A stretch of DNA of 32,182 nt from Lentisphaeria bacterium (GTDB lineage: Bacteria > Verrucomicrobiota > Lentisphaeria > Oligosphaerales > Oligosphaeraceae), in NCBI GenBank assembly GCA_024405235.1, contig JAKSPA010000001.1, forward strand, positions 1-32,182, read 5' to 3'. This document shows positions 27,323-32,182 of this stretch, in pieces. The notes under the pieces were generated by a model. It saw only the letters and a list, made by a program, of their open reading frames with translations, was not told the origin of the DNA and searched no databases. Numbering within the stretch: position 1 is the stretch's first letter; each line of letters opens with the position of its first letter. The position numbers were made by a program, and so were the translations under genes.

Positions 27323-28363
27323 ATGACAGGGCAGGAAAAAACAGCATCGAAATCAGATTTTGTCGCATCGCGGAAACAGATCAAGCGCATGGCTCGAATA
27401 GTCGCGCTGCTGAAACAGGGCGATCTGACGATGAAGGACATTCTTGAGGATCTGGAGGATTCCACCATGCGTGGGACGACGGATATCAGCTGTGCCTCCA
27501 GAACGGTGCGGCGGGACATCGAGATACTGAAGCGCGAATACCACTGTCCGCTGGAATATGCCCGGTCCGGTCACTGCTATACTCTCCACACCAAGAACTC
27601 GGCCCGCACGATGCCTGCCGTTCTGAACAACAGTGAACTGCTGGCCATCGTCATAGGCGGCAAGTTTTCGAAGGACATCCTTCCACCTTCCACAAGCAGG
27701 AGTGTTGAAGACGCCGTCGACGAGATCATCAGAAGCAACAGCACCACCGAATTTCTCTCAAGCGGACGTCTGAAGGCCCTGAAGATTCTGTCGAATACAG
27801 GCGAAACCATCTCCGATGATGTGTTCAATGTGATATTCGAAGCCTGGCGCACATGCCATCGCCTGCTTATAGACTATCGAAACAGCAAGGACGAGCGTTC
27901 GCAGCATGTCATTGAACCGCATGCACTTGTCTTCTACGACATGCAGTGGAGCATTCGCGCCTTCTGTCCCGACAAACGGAAATGGCTGACATTCCTTGCA
28001 AGCCGCATTGACCGCGCCTACAGTCAAGAGGAGAGATTCACGCCGTCGCAGAAGGAAATCGATTCGATTTCTCCAGACAACTACTATAATTTTCCATCGG
28101 CTGGAAACGTCAGAATCAGGCTGACACGAAGCGGTCTTCAGTTTGCCAAAGCGCATCCCCTGCGCTCGAATCAGACCATCACGGCCAGAGACATGGATAC
28201 CTATATTCTGACCGCCACCGACATTTCAACGGAGGAAATGCTCCGCTGGACGCTGTCGCAGGTTCCTGGCGACGCCATTCCTATCGCCCCGCAGAGAATG
28301 GTGGACACCATAAAAGAAGCGCTAGACAAAATGAAAACACTCTGCGAGAACTTCCAGGAATGA
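27323..28363 (+). CDS. HTH-WYL-domain transcriptional regulator (YafY/PafBC/BrxR-like architecture)
   Basis: An N-terminal winged HTH (MARIVALLKQGDLTMKDILEDL...SRTVRRDIEILK...GHCYTL). A central WYL-type segment (HVIEPHALVFYDMQWSIRAFCPDKRKWLTFLASRIDRA). A C-terminal extension. I chose start M20 (27323). The ORF-track start at 27266 would include the promoter and operator. Confidence 0.8.
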   Translation: MTGQEKTASKSDFVASRKQIKRMARIVALLKQGDLTMKDILEDLEDSTMRGTTDISCASRTVRRDIEILKREYHCPLEYARSGHCYTLHTKNSARTMPAVLNNSELLAIVIGGKFSKDILPPSTSRSVEDAVDEIIRSNSTTEFLSSGRLKALKILSNTGETISDDVFNVIFEAWRTCHRLLIDYRNSKDERSQHVIEPHALVFYDMQWSIRAFCPDKRKWLTFLASRIDRAYSQEERFTPSQKEIDSISPDNYYNFPSAGNVRIRLTRSGLQFAKAHPLRSNQTITARDMDTYILTATDISTEEMLRWTLSQVPGDAIPIAPQRMVDTIKEALDKMKTLCENFQE

Positions 28364-28578
28364 AGGACACCGCATCATATCCTGCCCCACACGAGATATG
28401 ATGAACGGACTGCGGCAATGCAGAAATATGAAGGAGAATCTCCTTTGACATTTCAACCGCACACGAAAATGACACAATGACGTATGTCACAAGGTGTGTT
28501 CTTTGCAAGCATTTCTTCTCCAGCGAGTTAACAAAGAGATACGTTTATTGTTTCCCAAAGGCGCAGATAAATAACGTT

Positions 28579-28640
28579 GGTGTGTCTATTTTGAAATTTC
28601 CTACGTAAATTGGGGTGTGTCTATTTTTAAAAATGACACA
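28579..28640. repeat. Iteron-like repeats: 2x GGTGTGTCTATTTT direct repeats plus an inverted partial copy
   Basis: Identical 14-mers lie at 28579-28592 and 28614-28627, 35 bp start to start. The second copy forms a near-palindrome with AAAAATGACACA (28629-40), with a 1-nt bulge. Related copies are AAAATGACACA at 28467-28477 and GGTGTGTT at 28493-28500. Confidence 0.65.
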
Positions 28641-28756
28641 GCAGGAAAATGAAAAATCAGAGACAAAGAGATGTTTTGGCGGGAGAAGCCGGAGATGAGA
28701 CGCCGGAGAAGTCCTCCCGAGAGACGATTTGAGGGTGATTTTCCTGCGTAGAAACG

Positions 28757-28787
28757 AAAAAAGCCGTGAGGGAAAACCTCACGGCTT
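28757..28787 (-). terminator. Strong rho-independent terminator (minus strand)
   Basis: Perfect 11-bp stem AAGCCGTGAGG (28761-28771) with CCTCACGGCTT (28777-28787) and loop gaaaa. On the minus strand it is followed by a U-run (plus A-run 28757-28760 plus the two A-T closing pairs). No U-run follows on the plus strand. Confidence 0.75.
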
Positions 28788-29219
28788 GAAAAATGGTGGA
28801 GCAGTCCCGACGAAACTCAAACCGGGTCTATCACGCAGAAACGAAAGGTGTGGCTGGAAGGAATCAGCAGGCAACGCTGTTTTTCTGCACCTCAAAGGGG
28901 CGCTCATTGAACTCACAATTTCTCAGCGTGGCATTCACAGGAATATCCGCTGGAAACTAGTTCCAGAAGAATGCTTTCAGGCTGACCACATAAGGCGTCG
29001 ACACCGTATTCATCGTCTGCAAAATCACATCGGACATGATTCCTTTCATCACATTACGTATACACTGCAAGAACAGCATAAGTAAAATCACCTGTTTCGG
29101 ACGAAAACCGTGTATTCAATTCATTTTCTCTGATCACTAAATCTCAAGCGTTTAACTCACGACTTATATTTGTGCCAGACTTCCCCAAAAGTTCACAGCA
29201 AAATCGCGGTAACTGCGAT

Positions 29220-30410
29220 TCATTCAAACTGTTCTTTCACGTGCCCAAGGCAGTCAGCATACAATGTGAAATTTTGTTTTTCCCAATGGATACGTCCAGC
29301 GACTACTGCGGGGGCGACTTGATGGTTGCGGGCGAATTGAAGCACTTTATCTATGTTCCGACCGCACAACAATCCTTTCTTTTCCTCTTGCCAGACTTTA
29401 TCCTCAATTAGCGTTTCTTCTGCCAAGTGATTCGCCTGTTGCTCTTTTTCATTTGTCGATTGCCTAGTTTGCCCATCTATATCATCAAAATAACCGACAG
29501 ATGCATCAACTATATGATATTTCAGATGCGCAAGTTCGTGCAGCAAAGTAAACCAGAAGTTGTCGATACGATCGTAGCGCAAGGTCAAGGCTACGACAGG
29601 CGAACCATTTGAAAGCATGAACGCAGCCCCGTCTAAATAGGTTTTAGGCAGATGCTTCTGAATGATAAAATGAATCCCATAAGTATTTAACAGTTCTTTC
29701 ACCAATTTAGGCCCCTCTCGGTAAAAGCTAAGCCGCGCCACCGCGTTAAAGAACTTATCGTCCAAGGCATCACGATTGAATTTTGGTATTTCATTGTTTG
29801 CCAATATATTGCAAATATGGCATTGCCAAGCCGCAAGAGCGTTCGAAGAGAAATCAACATGTTCGGTCTTTTTGCAGAAAATTTGCTCGCCCAAGGTAAA
29901 ATTAGCAAAAAACAACTCCAGAATTTCCTCAGCCTTTGCTTTGGCTTCATTTAAGGTTCCAGTAAAGAACTCTGAAAAATAATCTTGTTTGAACATTTCA
30001 TTGAAAGGATATTTTTTAATGGTATGGACACAAGGCGGAAGTTCATTCCCTGGTTGTTGCAACAATACTTCGGCAGGAATGCCAAGCCCCTCGTGCAAAG
30101 CTCTCATCATTGACAGGCTTAACGGCAGTTTGTGATTGAGCACCTCCGATACTTTGCTTGCGCTACCAATGTATTTGGCAAGGTCTTTGCGTGTCAAACC
30201 TTCCTGCTCCATTCTGAACTTGATGGCTTCAATTGGATCAGGAAGGCCAATTGGATAATGCTTGTCCTCATAATTTTCAACCAGCAAACCAAGCAATTCC
30301 TGTTCATCTTCCTGAGCTTGAGTCGGATTTTTGATCTCCATCAATCTCTCAATCTTAGCAAGTGCCTGTTCGTATTCTTCTTCTGTTTTTATGACTTTTA
30401 TGTTTTTCAT
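29220..30410 (-). CDS. higA: HigA-type XRE-HTH antitoxin fused to an ImmA/IrrE (COG2856, M78-like) zinc metallopeptidase domain
   Basis: The N-terminal roughly 120 aa have HigA-like layout (EEEYEQALAKIERLM...ENYEDKHYPI...IKFRMEQEGLTRKDLAKYIGSASKVSEVLNHKLPLSLSMMRALHEGLGIPAEVLL). The C-terminal domain has GIHFI...LDGAAF...SPVVAL...FTLLHELAHLKYH (HExxH) ...EQQANHLAEETL, typical of ImmA/IrrE. The start overlaps the higB stop by 1 nt (TGATG). Confidence 0.85.
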   Translation of the reverse strand: MKNIKVIKTEEEYEQALAKIERLMEIKNPTQAQEDEQELLGLLVENYEDKHYPIGLPDPIEAIKFRMEQEGLTRKDLAKYIGSASKVSEVLNHKLPLSLSMMRALHEGLGIPAEVLLQQPGNELPPCVHTIKKYPFNEMFKQDYFSEFFTGTLNEAKAKAEEILELFFANFTLGEQIFCKKTEHVDFSSNALAAWQCHICNILANNEIPKFNRDALDDKFFNAVARLSFYREGPKLVKELLNTYGIHFIIQKHLPKTYLDGAAFMLSNGSPVVALTLRYDRIDNFWFTLLHELAHLKYHIVDASVGYFDDIDGQTRQSTNEKEQQANHLAEETLIEDKVWQEEKKGLLCGRNIDKVLQFARNHQVAPAVVAGRIHWEKQNFTLYADCLGHVKEQFE

Positions 30411-30703
30411 CAGATAGTCCCCGCGTTAATCTTGTCATATTCGCTGTGCGTGCCTACAAAACGAATGTATACTTGTTGTATCTTGTATGCAATTTTGACA
30501 ATCAAGCGGTACTTGTTGCCACCTATGTTAAAAACAATTCTATTGTCTGGCAGTATGTCCGCACTGCCATATTTCTCCTTTATGTCGTTTGGTGTATTCC
30601 ATGTTGAATGTATCGCTTCATTGTACCACGCTGTCAAAGGTTGTTCTGACAATGGGTACTTCTCCCAAAATTCCTGCAATGTTTTCCTTTTTATGACATG
30701 CAT
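30410..30703 (-). CDS. higB: HigB-family type II toxin (ribosome-dependent mRNA interferase)
   Basis: This 97-aa protein matches the HigB-toxin consensus: MHVIKRKTLQEFWEKYP...AWY...W.TPNDIKEKYGSADIL..NRIVFNIGGNKYRLIVKI.Y....VYIRFVGTHSEYDKI. The toxin-first gene order is typical of higBA. Confidence 0.9.
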   Translation of the reverse strand: MHVIKRKTLQEFWEKYPLSEQPLTAWYNEAIHSTWNTPNDIKEKYGSADILPDNRIVFNIGGNKYRLIVKIAYKIQQVYIRFVGTHSEYDKINAGTI

Positions 30704-30724
30704 ATACTATATTCCTGATTCTGG

Positions 30725-30736
30725 AATTTGCAAATT
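30725..30736. promoter_or_regulatory. Perfect 12-bp palindrome upstream of higB (candidate HigA operator)
   Basis: AATTTGCAAATT lies 22-33 nt upstream of the higB ATG. A further IR, ATTTCC-N7-GGAAAT, lies just upstream (about 30741-30759). HTH antitoxins usually autoregulate through such palindromes. Confidence 0.35.
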
Positions 30737-30737
30737 T

Positions 30738-30908
30738 TTATTTCCTTATTTGGGAAATAACACAATGTCGCTCCGAATTCTTCTTCAAGGCTTTTTCCCC
30801 TTTCGTGAAGCCAACGACCGAACTGACGCTGGACTTCGACGGAATTGAGATTGTCATGTGAATGTGGTTGGGCATCATATGTCCTTCGATGATCACCAGA
30901 CTTGACAT
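30738..30908 (-). pseudogene. tnpA: Relic of an IS200/IS605-family Y1 (HUH) transposase TnpA
   Basis: A minus-strand frame not reported in the ORF track reads ...LVIIEGHMMPNHIHMTISIPSKSSVSSVVGFTKGEKAL.... This matches the TnpA core consensus (xIIEGHxMPDHVHMLxSIPPKxSVSxxxGxLKGKSx), including the HUH motif (HIH). The N-terminal strands and the C-terminal catalytic-Tyr helix are missing. The frame stops at 30738. Boundaries are approximate. Confidence 0.55.
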
Positions 30909-31019
30909 ACAAAAAAATCCGCCTCCCTTCGGCCTATTGAACTTATGTGCCGAGGACGACAGAAAATCAATGCACAGTCGCCTGACATTGACTGCGATGT
31001 GTCCTACTGTGTCATCACT

Positions 31020-32182
31020 TTACATTTTTGCGATCTCCTCGCCATTATCCGTCCAGTTCTCACATTGCCGAATGACTGTCTCCAAGGCTTCTTCCTGCCC
31101 TTCTGGCGGATATTTATGTCGTTTCAGAAGGCGTTTGACCAATCGCCGCATGTTGGCACGAGCGGATTCTTTCTTCTGCCAGTCAATGGTCTTGTTACGA
31201 CGCAGCATATCTGTCAGTTCACGGGTCATCTCAACCAGCTCGTCGTTGGTGTAAAAATCCTTTACTGCCTGTGGCTTCGTGATGGCATCATAGAAGGCAA
31301 TCTCTTCCTGGGTAAGTCCAGTCTGCTCTCCGGCTTTCTGGGCAGTCAAGATTTCATTGGCCAACTTCAGCAACTCCTCAATGACCTGTTCGTTGGTCAG
31401 CATTCCATTCAGATAGGCGTGCATGGCCCGCTGCAGCATTTCCGAGAATTTCTCCGATTTCACCACATTGCTGCGTCGATAGATGGAAAGCTGTTCGGAA
31501 AGGAGTTTCTTGAGCAGTTCAATGGCCAGGTTCTTTTCCTTCATTCTGGAAATCTCTTCCAGAAACTTCGGATCAAACAGCGAAAATTCCTTCTTGACAT
31601 CCGCAAAGAGGTTGATGACTCCTTCACTCTTGATGCTTTGCCTGAGCAATTCGTTGATGCGGTCGTTGATTTCCTTGAGGGAGAGTTTCTTTCCGCCCCC
31701 AGCAATCCGTGTAATCATCGTGCGTACGGCCTCGAAGAAGGCCGCCTCCAGACGCTGCTCTTCGGGGACAATGCTTCGGCACAATGACAGTGCCTGACGC
31801 AGCATCATGCTTTCTTTGATGAAATTCTCTTTCCGTTTTTCCTCGCGGACATCGGCAATGAAGTTCACGCCGCCAGTAATAAGGTGCGCTCGTTCCAAGT
31901 CACTGCCTGCAATAAAACGGGAATAATCAAAGCCATGGAAGAGATTCTGGCACACCTCCAGTTTTTCCTGAAATTTCGGATAGGCCCGTGTCCCGATGTC
32001 CATGTCTCCGTAGTTTGCCCTGTCGCGTCCTGTATAATCAAACATGGCTTGCTTCAAAGCCCGCGCGATGCCGACGTAATCCACAATCAGCCCGCCTTCC
32101 TTGTTCTGGAAGACACGGTTCACTCGCGCTACGGCCTGCATCAGGTTGTGCAGCACACCGACCCAGAAGAAGACAAGCGTGC
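31020..32182 (-). CDS. hsdR: Type I restriction enzyme R subunit (HsdR), C-terminal part. The gene continues beyond the window edge
   Basis: Helicase motif VI LMQAVARVNRVF is followed by GGLIVDYVGIA, then the long helical C-terminal domain typical of HsdR (DUF3387-like). The frame is open up to position 32182. The GTG at 32156 in the ORF track is not the true start. Confidence 0.85.
   Translation of the reverse strand, partial: TLVFFWVGVLHNLMQAVARVNRVFQNKEGGLIVDYVGIARALKQAMFDYTGRDRANYGDMDIGTRAYPKFQEKLEVCQNLFHGFDYSRFIAGSDLERAHLITGGVNFIADVREEKRKENFIKESMMLRQALSLCRSIVPEEQRLEAAFFEAVRTMITRIAGGGKKLSLKEINDRINELLRQSIKSEGVINLFADVKKEFSLFDPKFLEEISRMKEKNLAIELLKKLLSEQLSIYRRSNVVKSEKFSEMLQRAMHAYLNGMLTNEQVIEELLKLANEILTAQKAGEQTGLTQEEIAFYDAITKPQAVKDFYTNDELVEMTRELTDMLRRNKTIDWQKKESARANMRRLVKRLLKRHKYPPEGQEEALETVIRQCENWTDNGEEIAKM

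Noticed and set aside
28579-28627. Possible CRISPR array or ToxI-like type III antitoxin repeat (repeat spacing 35 bp).
   Set aside because: There are only two copies. Only 14 of the 35 nt are conserved, and no cas or toxN-like gene is adjacent.
28729-29085. 118-aa plus-strand ORF in the non-coding region after the WYL gene.
   Set aside because: It reads straight through the strong terminator hairpin (28761-28787). It has no ribosome-binding site and an Arg/His-rich, motif-free sequence.
1-32182. tRNA, rRNA, tmRNA, RNase P, SRP RNA and known riboswitches in the intergenic regions.
   Set aside because: I scanned every spacer by eye and found no T-loop (GTTCRANYC) or cloverleaf pattern and no recognisable conserved RNA core. 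A covariance-model scan would be needed to exclude them formally.

Overview
This 32.2-kb window is a densely coding bacterial chromosomal segment. All calls were made by eye from the ORF translations and the DNA, with no database search. I support 21 protein genes, 1 transposase relic, several hairpin terminators and several repeat or operator-like sites. I saw no rRNA, tRNA or CRISPR array. From 1 to 23.5 kb the content looks like housekeeping and anaerobic sugar metabolism. It holds nadE, folE, a 2-hydroxyacid dehydrogenase with a sugar-phosphate isomerase, and a two-gene [FeFe]-hydrogenase with a NuoF-C/GltD-like partner. It also holds a 1053-aa lipoprotein with glycosidase-like features, a fused activase/dehydratase gene with an orphan partner, and an O-antigen-ligase-like membrane protein. 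The remaining genes there are dsdA, a tyrosine phosphatase with a large insertion, a Gfo/Idh/MocA oxidoreductase and a GH94-type phosphorylase. From 23.6 to 32.2 kb the content shifts to DNA transactions and genetic conflict. A Pif1-family helicase, a small vWA/MIDAS protein and recA sit on one strand, and an HTH-WYL regulator is transcribed divergently from recA. Next comes a 0.85-kb AT-rich non-coding stretch packed with palindromes and iteron-like repeats. After it lie higB with a higA fused to an ImmA/IrrE metallopeptidase, an IS200-type transposase relic, and the 3' part of a type I restriction hsdR that runs off the window. The best candidates for an undescribed system are (a) the WYL / recA-vWA / Pif1 cluster, where vWA sits in the slot usually held by recX, and (b) the HigB plus HigA::ImmA module with its adjacent repeat-rich region. 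The YjiL/YjiM-like fusion with a Cys-rich insert and the phased GGCC motif array upstream of dsdA are secondary oddities. The organism is not identified. The gene content suggests an anaerobic, saccharolytic bacterium.
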